Source: the human T2T-CHM13v2.0 reference genome, Homo sapiens. From it: a DNA stretch of 64,000 nt. Location: assembly GCF_009914755.1 (NCBI RefSeq), contig NC_060926.1; one strand, given 5' to 3'. The notes below the pieces were generated by a model that was not told where the DNA came from, did not search any database, and worked only from the letters and a program-made list of their open reading frames with translations. Below, one piece after another: positions 45,940 through 62,681 of this stretch. The position numbers and the translations under genes were made by a program. The first letter of the stretch is position 1. The number at the start of each line of letters is the position of its first letter.

Positions 45940-48003
45940 CCGAGATGGTGGAGTAAGAGATACGAGCCTTCATCCCCCAACAAAAAACAAATATAGACTA
46001 TTATTCATAAACCAAAACAGTCCTGAGAGGGCTTAAGAACCTATTAAATAATCTACATCAACACAGTAAAGCAAAAAAATGGAGATTATTCACACAGAAA
46101 GGATCACCAGTGAGATATGAAATGTGATGGCTGGGAACAAAGAAGATAGCTGGAGGATATTGGTATCAGCTACGTGGCAGACACCACTGTGGTCCCCAGT
46201 AGCCTGCTTTGCAGAAGACATCAGCATCTTTTGCCAGTGAGATAATCAACAGCCATTTTCACTGGGGAACCTCAGAGAGAGAGAGAGACATGGCTACGTA
46301 CTTCCCCTGGCTCAAGAAGCAGCCATTGTTGAAATGCTTCAGATCTGGAACCACCACTTCTCCCAACTCTGCACATGCCCTGATCCCTAAACCATGCCCA
46401 CCCCACAAGTGCTGACACTCTATACCTGGGTTTTCTGGCTGCACTGTGCCTTCCCATGTCTCAAAAACTGGGGCCATCACCGTATCAATCTAGTTTGCAC
46501 TCTGGATCCCAGATCCAAGTTTTCTCTAAGCATGTTTGCACCCCAGGTACCAGCTGAGCTGCCACAGAGAGCTAGGCTCTGCCATGATCCGGAAGCTACT
46601 GTAACTCTGCATACACTTGTGTTCTTTTTATGGCTTCTTGGCTGCCTCATAAGCATAGGTGCCTTACATTCCATTACCAACAAGGAAAACTGCGGTGCTT
46701 GTATCCCAGACACCAGTGCCATCATCATCCCAGAACTCAGAACCTTAGACCTCTCCATGCGTGCTTGTGCTTTAGGCCTTGGACCTGTGACTACTCCATG
46801 AGTGCCACTCATTAAACACTGGTGCTGTTGTTACTGCAAGTGGATCCACAAGTGAGATCCAACCCCAAGGGGGATTCCTTTAACCACAACTTCCCTGGTG
46901 GGAGAAAGAGATTGGGAGAAATTTAGAGAGCATTGTCATCAAAGACCCCAACAACACTTACCATCACTGTGGCCATCTACATTGATGACCACCAAAATTC
47001 CTTAAAAATCTTTATTAACACTGGCCTTAGTTAACAGAATGGCATGGAAACTACTTAACTGTATTCTGACTGGTGCCAGAAATGTTGCACTCCACACAGT
47101 CAGCATCTTTGCAACCCTGCTTTTCTCCTCAGAGAAAAGTCTTTCCACACTGAAACTCACCTGTAAAGTCAGGAAAAGATAATTGCCGCATCAAATGTTC
47201 AGATATCAGTATAAGGTAACAAGAAACACAAAAAAACAAGGAAACATATTACCACCAAAAGAACACAATAATTTCTCAGTTTCTGACCCCAAAGAGCTGA
47301 AGATATATGAACCACCTGACAAAAATTCAAAATAATTGTTTCAAGGAAGCTCAACAAACTTGAAGAAAATACAAAGGAAAAATTCAACAAAATCAAGAAA
47401 ACAATAAATGAACAAAATAAGATATACAATAAATAAGAAAATATAATAAATTAAATTGTAAAATGCCATAGATAGCACCAACATCTAAATTGATAAAGTA
47501 GAGTAACAAAAGCTATAGACTTGAGGTTATTTGAAGATATAGAGTCAGATAAAATAAAGAAGCAAATTAAAAGGAATGAAGAAATTATGAGAAATGTATG
47601 GGATAGCATCAAGAGAGCAAACATTTGAATGATAGGGGTGGAAAGAGACAAAGTGACAGAGAAATTATTTAAATAAATAACCACTGAAAACTTTCAAAAT
47701 CTGGGAGAATAAATAAATGTCCAGGCACACAAAGGTCAACAGTCTCCAATCAGATTCAGTCCAAACAAGAGTATTTCAAGATATATTACAAGCAAACTGT
47801 CAAAAATTAAAAAGAAAAAAAGGGAATCATGAAAGCAGCAAGAGAGAAAAAGTATATCACATATAAGCAAGTTCTGATAAGGTTAGCAGTAGATTTCTAA
47901 GTATAAATTTCATAAGCCAGGAGAGAAGGAAATAACACATTTGAAGCACTAAAGAAAAAAACTATCAAATTAGAACACTTTACTTGGCAAATGTGTCCTT
48001 CAG
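45940..48003 (+). mobile_element. Older L1 (L1M/MA-like) 5'UTR and decayed ORF1
   Basis: gagatggtggagtaagaga start; ORF1-like acctgacaaaaattcaaaataattgtt and aaaactttcaaaatctggg. Confidence 0.8.
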
Positions 48004-50505
48004 CTTTGTCCTGAATTTATTTGTTAGTTTTCTGCCTTGATAATCTGTCTAATGCTATGAATGACTCCTCCCTAACTCATTCTACAAGGTCAGCAACAAC
48101 CTGATACCAAAACCAGGTAAAGACACAATAAAAAAAAGAAAACTACAGGCAAGTCCCCCTGATGAACATAGGTATAAAAATCAACAAAATACTATAAAAC
48201 CAAATCCAGCAGCACTTGAAAAAGTTAAGGATTCACTACAATCAAGTGGCTTCATTCCTGTATGTGCAGTTGGTTCAGCATGTGTGTAAATCAATAAATG
48301 CAATTCACCAAATAAACACAATTAAAAGCAAAAACCATTTGATTATTTAAATAGATGTGGTAAAAGCCTTCAATGAAATCCAACATCCCTTCACAATCGA
48401 AACCCTCAACAAATTATGCATCTAAGGGACATACCTTCAAGTAATAAGAGCCATCTATGACAAACCCATAGCTAACATCACACTGAACAGGCAGAAGCTA
48501 GAAGCATTCCTCTTGAGAACTAAAACAAGACAAGGGTGCCTACTCTTTTCACTCCTATTCAACGTAGTACCAGAAGTTCTACCCAGAGCAGCCAGGCAAC
48601 AGAAATAAATAAAAGACTTCCAAATAGGAAAAAAAGATGTCAAACTATCTCTGTTCATTGATGATATGATTCTATAGTAGAAAACCCCTAAAGACTTCAC
48701 CAAAAGGCTCCAGGAACTTACAAACAACTTCAGTAAAGTTTCAGTATACAAAATCAATGTTCAAAAATCAGTAGTATTTCCATACAGCAATAACTTTCAT
48801 TCTGAGAGCCAAATCAAGAACACAATTTCGTTTGCAATAGTCACACACACAAAAAAAACTAGGAATACATCTAACCAAGAAAGTGAAAGGTCTCCATAAG
48901 GAGAACCACAAAAAATTGCTAAAGGAAATCACAGATGACACAAATAAAAGAAAAAACATTCCATATTCATGGATTAAACGAATCAATATCATTAAAATGG
49001 CCATACTGCCCACAGCAATCTACAGATTTAATACTATTCCTACCAAACTACCAATGTCATTCTTCATAGAATTAGGAAACACTATTCCAAAACTCATGAA
49101 GAGCCAAAAAAGAGCCCAAACAGCCAAAGAAATCCTAAGCAAAATAAACTAAGCCAGAGGCATCCCATTACCCAGCTTCAAATTATATTACAATGCTGGA
49201 GTAACCAAACTGGCATGGTAATGGTACAAAAATAGAAACATCAACAAATAGAACAGGATAGAGAACCCAGAAAGAAAGCCACACACCCAGAACCAACTGA
49301 TTTTTAACAAAATTGACAAAAATAAGCAATGAGGGAAAGATTTTCTATTCAATAAACAGTGCTGGGACACTTATTTGGCTAGTCATATGAAGATGAATGA
49401 AACTGAACCCCTACACTTCACCATATACGAAACTTTATTTAAGATGGAATAAAGATTCAAATATAAGACCTCAAACTATAAGAATCATAGAAGAAAACCT
49501 AGGAAACACCATGCTGGACATTGGCCTTGGGAAAGAATTTATGACTAAGTTCTCAAAAGCAATTTCAACAAAAACAAAAATTGACAAGTGGGACCAAATT
49601 AAACTAAAGAGCTTCTGCACAGCAAAAGAAACTCAACAAAGTAAAGAGACAACCTATAGAATAGAAGAAAATATTTGCAAACTAAGCATCCAACAAAGGT
49701 CTAATATCCAGAATCTATAAGGAACTTAAACAAATTAACAAGGAAAAAACAAACAACTTCATTGAAAAGTGGGGAAAGGCCATGAGCAGACCCTTTGCAG
49801 AAGAAGACATACAAGCAGCCAACAAATATGAAAAAATGGTTAACATCACTAATCATCAGAGAAATGCAAATCAAAATCACAATCAAATAGCATCTCACAA
49901 GAGTGAGAATGGTTATTACTAAAACGTCAAAAAACAACAGGTGCTGGTGAGGCTGGATGGAAGGGAAATGCTCATACAATGCTGGTGGGAATGTGAAGTA
50001 GTTCAGTCACAGTGGAAAGCAGTTTGGAGATTTCTCAATGAAATAGAACTACCACTTAACTAAGCAATCCCATTACTGGGTATATATCCAAAAGAAAATA
50101 AATTATTCTACCAAAAACACACAAGCACTCATATGTTCATTACAGCACTATTCATAATAGCAAACACATGCAATCAACCCAGGTGTTCATCAACGGTTGA
50201 TTGAATAAAGAAAATATGGTACATGTACACTATGAAATACTATGCAACCATAAAAAAGAAAGAAATCATGTCTTTAGAAGCAACATGGATGCAACTGAAG
50301 GCTATTATCCTAATCAAATTAATGCAGGAACAGAAAACCAAATACCACATGTTATCATTTATAAGTGGGAACTAAGCATTGGCTATTCATGGACACAAAA
50401 ATGGCAACAATAGACAATGGGGACTGCTAGAAGGGGGAGGAAAGTCAAGGGGCAAGGATTGAAAAACTATTGGGTACTATGCTCACTACCTGTGTGACAG
50501 GATTA
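48004..50505 (+). mobile_element. L1PB / late L1PA ORF2-3' segment with a short inverted 5' piece
   Basis: Peptides [18 protein letters not shown] and [19 protein letters not shown]. ~48020-48056 is reverse-complement L1 EN-region sequence (compare 14057-14093). Confidence 0.88.
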
Positions 50506-51485
50506 CAACTGGAACAAAGACCTGAATAGTCTTTCCCAGAAGAATACATGCAAATGGCCACAGGTATTTGAAAAAGTGCTCAACATCACTAATTATCAGA
50601 GAAATGCAAATCAAAATCACAATGAGACAGTACTTCATACCTGTTAAAATGGCTACTGTCAAAAAGACAAGAGATTATAAGTGTTGACAAAGATATGGAA
50701 AAAAAGGAAACCACTGAACACTGTTGATGGAAATGTAAATTAAAATAGTCATTATGGAAAACAGTTGGACATTCCTCAAAAAAATTACAAATAAAACCAC
50801 CATTTGATCAAGCAATCTTACTATTGGGCATATAGCTGAAGAAAATAAAATCTGCCTGTCAAAGACATATCTGCACTCTTACGTTTATTGCAGCATTATT
50901 TATTGTAGCTAGAATATGGAATCAACCTAAGTATTCATCAACAGATTAATGAATAATGAAAATGTGGTATATATACACAATGAAATACTACTCAGCCTCA
51001 AAACCAAATGAAATTCTATCATTTATGACAAAGTGGATGAACTCAGATGATGTTATGCCTATTGAAATAAGCCAGGCAGTGAAAGACAAATATCTCATGA
51101 TCTTATATATATGTGAAATCTAAAAAAGTTTAACTCCTAAAACAGATAGTAGAATAGTGGATACCAGAGGTTATTGATTGGGTGGAGGCTTGAGGAGATG
51201 TTGGTCAGAGGACACAACATTTTAGTTAGCTAGGAAGAATAAGTTCAAGAATAAGTTAGCTAGGAAGAATAAGTTCAAGACATCTCTAAATCATAGAGAC
51301 TATAGTTAATAATAATATATTGCATGCTTTAAAATTGCTATGAAAACAGATTTTAAATTTTCTCACAACAAATAAGTATGTGAGATAAAAACATGTTAAT
51401 TAGTGCAATTTAGCCATTAGCAATGTACACATATATCAAACATCATGTTTTACACCATAAATACATACTATTTTTGTCAATTAAA
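50506..51485 (+). mobile_element. L1MA-like 3' end
   Basis: Second copy of the ORF2 C-terminus (tcagagaaatgcaaatcaaaa) followed by an L1MA-type 3'UTR (aggaagaataagttcaaga ... caattaaataa). Confidence 0.88.
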
Positions 51486-51754
51486 TAAGAAACACATGTA
51501 AGTGCCTTCATTTTACAAATGAGAAAATTGGGATTCAAGAGTCTAGATCTGCAGCCCATGCTTTTAGTCACTATGTTGACAAGCTTTTCCCCAAACCAAA
51601 ATGGAAACAAAACAAAACCTGTTTGTGGTGTCATAAATTATTCAGGATCCAAAAAGTAATGACCTCACAATCCAGACTTTGGGACCTTATGTAGCAGCAT
51701 TTCTTAGCAAATACACATTCAACTGAAGGTGATGCAGTGAATGCTAAAAACCAG

Positions 51755-52208
51755 TGTATTAGTCAGGGTTCTCCAGAGAAACAGAACTAATAGGATATAC
51801 GGATAGAGATATACTCTAAGAGATTTATTATGAAGGATTAACTCACTCCAATTCAGACACTGAGAAATCTCATGATCTGCCTTCCATAAACTGGAGGTCC
51901 AGGAAAGCTGGAGATATAGATTCCGTCCAAGGCCAAAAGCCTAAGAACCAGCAGTCTAAGGGAAGGAGAAGATTGAAGTCCCATCTCAAGCAGAAAGAAC
52001 AAATTCACTCTTCTTCCACCTTCTACCTTTCTATTCTATTTGCATCCTGAAGGAATTAGATGATGTCCACCCACATTGGGGGCCTACCAATTCAAATGTC
52101 AATCTCTTCTGAAAACACTCTCACACAGACACAGCCAGAAATAATGTTTAATAAGATGTCTGGGCATCCCGTGGCCCAGTCAACTTGACACATAAACTTA
52201 ACCACAAC
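51755..52208 (-). mobile_element. MLT2 (ERVL) solo LTR
   Basis: tgtattagtcagggttctccagagaaacagaac ... ggcccagtcaacttgacacataaacttaaccac. Confidence 0.88.
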
Positions 52209-52829
52209 CAGTTCTCCATATTTTCCCTTCTCCTTCCTCCATTGATGACTGTTGCAGGCTGCAGGAAGGCCAGGGTCACTGCGGACTTCATCCATGCCTG
52301 CTTCTGGGAGCAACACAGAAGCCAGAGTTGCTCATAGAAAGAATAGATCCCCAGAATGGTCAAGGAAGCCATTCAGATGATTCAGCAGATGAACAGCACC
52401 TTAGCAGTAGTGACTGGATGTTTTGAATGTATTTGTTCTGACTCTGAAACTACACATCATCTTTGGTAAAGTGATTCAGCCTCGACATTATGCCACTGTC
52501 TAATACATAGATAATATAAAACACAGACTACCATTTCTCCTGCTTACTTAGGGCAAATGCTAACTGGGAAAGGGGGTTTAAGAGGTACAGGATTTGTTCT
52601 GTTCTCAGGAGATCATAAAAACATCTGTCCAAGTATCTTTATCTCAGTGATCTCCTGAGGGAAACAGTCTAAGTCTGAATTACTTAAAGCAAGCACAGTA
52701 GATGATCTTTCCACTCTCACATGGTTGCAGATGACTACTGTGTTGCTAATTTCTCTCTCAGTGTAGAAAAAGTGCAGCCCTGTTTAAGACCAAACAGATA
52801 CATCACTGAGTGTTCAGCTTCTCAACTTA

Positions 52830-53030
52830 TCATTGGTATTATAAATCCACTGATTCACAAATTTACTTAGCTGCTTATTGGAATTACGCATGGAGCTTAA
52901 AAAATACTGATGTCTGCATTCTTCCCTGGCACATTCCAATTTAAATATCCTGGGGTGGGGCCTGGATACAGAGATTATTGCAAGCTCCAGAATGGCTCTA
53001 CTATGCAGTCACCACTGAAACCCACTGTCT
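52830..53030. mobile_element. MER5A-like hAT element
   Basis: ttggaattacgcatggagcttaaaaaatactgatg...ggggtggggcctgg...aagctccaga...tgaaacccactg. Confidence 0.7.
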
Positions 53031-53449
53031 TGGAGTGCTGTTTATAAACTGCTCATGCACAAATAAGCATGTTTACTACATACTTTGACAAGCTTTTTTT
53101 TTTTTGATATCTTGCAAAGTAAGAGTCAAATGAGGTAATGTCTGCAAATTGCTCAGCAAAGTTTCTGGCAAAAAAATAAGATCTCAATAAATACTAATCC
53201 TTATTTGCCCCAAATACTAATCCTTATTTGTGCACATGAGTGCACACACACACCCAGCATTACCACCCTACAATCAAACCACAAGTTAATAACATTACAG
53301 AAAATTTTTAGTATAAAGATATATATATATATATATATAAAGTTCACTTTTTTTGTCCTAACTGTACAAAATTGTTATAAATTATAGCTCATTTTTCTGC
53401 TTAAGGATGTGAAGTCTAAATGACAAAAACATATCTTCTTTGGATGTTT

Positions 53450-53631
53450 GGGTGTTGCTTTAGAATTTTTTAATAATTCATATTATTTCAATTTTAATAA
53501 TTTATTTAACCCAAACTATCCAAAATATTATCACTTAAATATGTAATTGTCTTAAAATGTTATCACAGATATTTTAGATTTTTTTGTACTAAATTTTCAA
53601 GTTGTTATGTATTCTACATTTATAGCACATC
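53450..53631. mobile_element. MER33-like hAT fragment
   Basis: ttttaataatttatttaacccaa...tatccaaaatattatca...acatttatagcacatc. Confidence 0.65.
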
Positions 53632-54830
53632 TTTTTTTTTTTTTTCTTAATTATACTTTAAGTTCTAGGGTACATGAGCACAATGTGCAGGTTTGTTACA
53701 TAGGTATACATGTGCCATGTTGGTTTGCTGCACCCATCAACTCATAATTTACATTAGGTATTTCTCCTACTGCCATCCCTCCCTCAGCCCCCCACCCTCC
53801 GACAGGCCCTGGTGTGTGATGTTCCCCGCCCTGTGTCCATGTGTTCTCATTGTTCAACTCCCACCTGTGAATGAGAACATGCAGTGTTTGGTTGTCTGTC
53901 CTTGTGACAGTTTGCTTAGAATGATGGTTTCCAGCTTCATCCATGTCCCTGCAAAGGACATGAACTCATCCTTTTTCATGGCTGCATAGAATTCCATGGT
54001 GTATATGTGCCACATTTTTTAAATCCAGTCTATCATTGATGGACATTTGGGTTGGTTCCAAGTCTTTGCTATTGTGAATAGTGCCGCAATACATATATGT
54101 GTCCATGTGTCTTTGTAGTAGCATGATTTATAATCCTTTGGGTATATACCCAGTAATGGGACCGCTGGGTCAAATGGTATTTCTAGTTCTAGATCCTTGA
54201 GGAATCGCCACACTGTCTTCCACAATGGTTGAACTAATTTACACTCCCACCAACAATGTAAAAGAGTTCCTATTTCTCCACATCCTCTCCAGCATCCGCT
54301 GTTTCCTGACGTTTTAATGATCACCATTCCAACTGGCGTGAGATGGTATCTCACTGTGGTTCTGATTTGCATTTCTCTAAGGACCAGTGATGATGAGCCT
54401 TTTTTCATACGTCTGTTGGCTGCATAAATGTCTTCTTTTGAGAAGTGTCTGTTCATATCCTTTGCCCACTTTTTGATGGGGCTGTTTGTTTGTTTTCTTG
54501 TAAATTTGTTTAAGTTCTTTGTAGATTCTGGATATTAGCCCTTTGCCAGATGGGTAGATTGCAAAGATTTTCTCCCATTCTGTAAGTTGCCTGTTCACTC
54601 TGATGATAGTTTCTTTTGCTGTGCAGAAACTCTTTAGTTTAACTAGATCTCATTTGTCTATTTTGGCTTTTGTTGCCATTGCTTTTGGAGTTTTAGTCAT
54701 GAAGTCTTTGCCCATGCCTATGTCCTGAATGGTATTGCCTAGGTTTTCTTCTAGGGTTTTTACGGTGTTAGGTCTTACATTTAAGTCTTTAAACCATCTT
54801 GAGTTAATTTTTGTATATGGTGTAAGGAAG
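53632..54830 (-). mobile_element. 5'-truncated L1PA (PA6/7-like)
   Basis: Poly-T, then ttatactttaagttctagggtacatg. ORF2 C-terminal peptide [32 protein letters not shown]. Confidence 0.95.
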
Positions 54831-55059
54831 AGATATATAACATATATATAATATATAATGTAATTCATATTATTTTCTACATATGGATAGTACTAGGAAG
54901 CTTAAATATGGGAATTCAGGCCTTATTCAAAAATTAATGTTCTATTTTAATAAACTCTAGTTATTTAATTTTTAGTAATTTGCCTGTTATCCCTCACTAT
55001 GGAACATTAAAAGAAATTTGGTCAATTTAAAGTCCTGGACAGATGATTATTATTATTTT

Positions 55060-57475
<2,416 letters not shown>

Positions 57476-58009
57476 GCTACTAGAAAAAATGTTTTTATTG
57501 TATTTCTGAGTATTTTTACCAAGAAACTTGCTGTTGCATATATGTTCATTTAGAACCTGTTCAAACTTACAGGAAATTGCATAAATTGTGTTGTCATCGA
57601 TAGAATATTTTTTATTGATCTGCTGCCCCATAGATTTTTGAGCTCCCACTTAGTGCCACTGGAGGCACACCTTAAGGACCAAGGTATCCCATTAGCTGAG
57701 AAGGTAATGGCTATGTTAAGACATTCAAGCAATGGATGGGAATGGGAAGTAAGTTGTTCAGAGATACTTTTTTTTTTAAGCATATGCTTTTTGTTTATGC
57801 TTTGTTGACCTTGATGTATGGAAGGGCTTGACATATCCAAAAACTGGAGGTAGGATATTATGACAGACTCAAAAAGCTAAATAGAGCTTATTAGGCAGTG
57901 AAGCTGGAGAGACAGATAAGTTTAGATCTATATCTTTGTGGAGACTTGATTCTTCATGTTGATTCTTTCAGACATCTACTCAACTCCAGTCTGATTTGGC
58001 TTTACAGTA

Positions 58010-58475
58010 GAGGTCAACTATTTCCATAATAATTCTGTTTAACAAACCAATCCAAAACTCAGTGGCTTAAAACACAATTATTTATTCTCTCTCACACATC
58101 TGCAAGTTGACTGGAAACGAACTGCTCTGGACTGGTTTAGGCTCTAAGCTTCAAGTTAGGGTGAGGTTTGTTCCATGAGTTTTTCTTCTTCCCTGGACCA
58201 GTCAGCTACCTCGATAGTTCCTCTCATGGCCAGGGCAAAGTGTAAGTGGGTAAATCCAATTACCTAAGCACATTTCAAGCCTCTGCATGAATAATGTCTG
58301 CTAATGTCTCCTTGCTTGGCCAAAGCAAGTCACATGGTGTGCTCTGAGTCAAGAGTCAGGGAAGTATACTCTATCTATAGTAGGAGGAAATACAAGGTTA
58401 TATGAGTTAAATGGTTAAAGGTACGGATGTAGAGTGAGGTAAGACATTTGGGCTAAAAATGCAATTTACCATACT
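58010..58475 (-). mobile_element. Old MLT1 MaLR LTR
   Basis: aacaaaccaatccaaaactcagtggcttaaaacac...ttggccaaagcaagtcacatgg...atttaccata. Confidence 0.8.
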
Positions 58476-60059
58476 TTAAGGTGAGGTTTTGGTGATTCAT
58501 TATTTTACACTGTCCGGGTCACCCAGTATCACCCATATTGTCTTCCTGTTAAGGGGACAACTTGGCCTTTGTTGACACTGACATTTCATCTGGTCCTTTT
58601 CCTCTTACCCTGCATGAGTTATTCCCCAAAAGAAAGAATAAGAACAGTAATCACTATTCATTTACTTAGGGAAAACATCTGGAGGATTGTTTTTGTTTTT
58701 CTTCAGTTTTCATCTGGATGTCTGGCATTGTGTCAAGGTTTTACTCTGAGAAGCTTTAAAAAGCGAGTCCAGTTAGTGTGTTACTTCCTCTCCACTTTGT
58801 AATAATACACTAGAGTCTTGCTCAAATGCCACCCCTGGGATGCATGCTAGGAACCATGTTATAGAGGAAAGAGCAGGATAAATTCCTTCTGATGTTCATT
58901 CACAACAGTAAATTCCCTCGTAAACCTAAACCAATGGCCCACTTTAGAAATCATCCTGGGCCTTACTTTGTCACATTACAATGAGATTCTAATGTGCAGG
59001 AGACCCTGGGTATCCTTGGATTTAACTGTCACAGTTTCTTCTACTTGCTAATTACCCATGGGAACACAGTGGGTGATCACTTGTCATTTTTGTTGCAATA
59101 CATATTTGAGTGCCCTTTGTTCACATCTTGGTGCCACAGTTTTGTTCTCTAATTGTTGTTTCTTTATCTTTTCTTAGGGAAAATTAACTTTACTAACAGT
59201 ATTTCAAATTTGGAAAATTTCCAGATATCTTAGGATATAACTCTTTTGATTCCTGGAAGTCTTTCTTGATCTTTTTTTTTTTCAGAAAAAAAAGATGATT
59301 ATAAATTCAAGTTTGATACTTCAAATAAAATAAAGCAAAAAAAAAAAAAAACTTCAGGGCAGCTTTGATATATATTTAGTGAATAATAGATATGCATATG
59401 CTATCTTTGCTCCTGAACTGGTTTTTCTGCATGAACAAAGCACATATAAAATTAATATGTTAAAGATATGGCCTGTGGTATAATCAGGTATAGGGAGAAC
59501 TGCAGCAGAAGGAGCAATGTATGAGAAACTAAGACCTGACAGGAAAGAGGCAGGCATTGAAAAAACAACAACAAAAACGGGGGGACAGATCAAGTTAAAC
59601 AAAGGGAAAGTAAAATTAGGAGATCATAGAAATATCCTACACGTGACCATGAAGGTAAGCAATTAGCAAAACCATCAAGAAGTTTCAGGATGCCATATCA
59701 GAACTCAGGACCCAAGAATCTAGATTTAGTCATTTCAGGTCCATGTCCGTGGGTCACCTTCCACTACATTTTATGCCACTAAAAGGAAGGACCCATATTC
59801 TGCTGTATTTTTTTTTTATATCTCTGCTTTCTAGCACACTATTTGACTCGAAATTGGTACTTTATACATGCCTGGTGAATGAGTAAATGTGCATAAATGA
59901 ACATACGAAAATCTGTCAATGAATAACAAGACCCAGCCTTTCAGGATGGTGTTAAAAGCAGAAGTCTCTTATCTGCTGGGCAGTTTGGAGAAGGCCATGG
60001 AGACCAAGGCAGACTGACCTTCAGTGGAGAGTGATAGTAGACATGGGATCAAGAGAAGT

Positions 60060-60532
<473 letters not shown>

Positions 60533-61411
60533 TTAACATCCCCAGCCAAGTACACTTACTACCCCACAGCCAGAGGTAAGGGTCAAGTGACCTGCAATGA
60601 TGGAAAGAAAGGTATATTTGGTTAGGAGACTTGTGAGATCACATAACTATATATTCTTTTTCGAAATATCAATAAATGTTGAAGAAAGTGTAATTTTCTT
60701 AAAGTCAATTTGAATAATGCTTAAAACCCTAATCAACACATGCTGTCTGATTTTGTTATGTGGTTGAAATGAGAGCAGTTCATCAAATAAGAATAAATAA
60801 AATATTCTGAATCCTTACTTAAAAGCCTCAAAGGACACTGTAGAAAATCTACTTCATGCTGTATTTTTACAATCCTCTTTTTCTACAAAAATAAAACTCT
60901 TTTTCCACTTTTTCCATAAAAAAGTGAATAAAGTATAAAATTTTTAAAGTTGAGAAAAGGACAACTAAATAAATGTAAGAAAAAAGGAAGAAAGAAAAAT
61001 AAAATAGTAGAAATAAGTAAATTAGAAAACAGGAAGCAAAAGATAAAACTATTAATTGAGTCCATGATTTGGTTTCTGGAGAGAAAAAAAGAGAGAAACA
61101 TCATGAGAGCAAAAACAAGAGGAACAGAGAGAAAGAGATAGAGGAATAGTGAGCAAAATGTGGGGGGAAGAGAGAGAGAGAGCAAACCATTAGCTAAACT
61201 AATAAAAAATAAACAAAGGTATGGTGTATAAAGAGAGAAAAAAACATGAATGTACAAAATTATCTATTAGAATAGAGAAAATAGGCACAGATACAAAGAA
61301 ATTTTACTTTGCTCCATTCTGTAGAAAAAAAATTTGAAAGCTAGGTTCAAAGGAACAAATTGCCAAAATATATCCTGGTAAAAATATGAAGTTAAAATGA
61401 AAAAGTTGTCA

Positions 61412-61936
<525 letters not shown>

Positions 61937-62345
61937 TTATTTTATTATAGCAAAAACCAAAAGCAGCATATTGTCAAATAAACCACAGTCACATGCTATA
62001 AGATAATGTACCACAAACATATGGAGTTTATACCAGGAATGCAGGGATAGTTCAATATACGGTGCTCTAGTAACACAATGTGCATAATTAGAGATCCCAG
62101 GACAGCACTCATTTGACTATCTCCATAAATGCCAAAAGGCATTTGATAAATGTCTTTTATAACAGAAATTGATTTATAATCTCCCAATAATAACATTGAA
62201 TCGACATAAGCTCAATGGTAAAATACTAAAAAAATTTTCATTAAAATGAGATATAAGCTAGATGTCTACCATCTTTATTAGTTTTAATTTTCTGTAAGCA
62301 TTAGAAATACCCTTAGCCAAAACAGAATAATAAGAAGCATAATGA

Positions 62346-62681
<336 letters not shown>

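Noticed and set aside
46394-46812. Overlapping 135-aa and 111-aa ORFs as a novel gene
   Set aside because: They lie in the GC-richer 5'UTR of an old L1, where stop-poor frames arise by composition.
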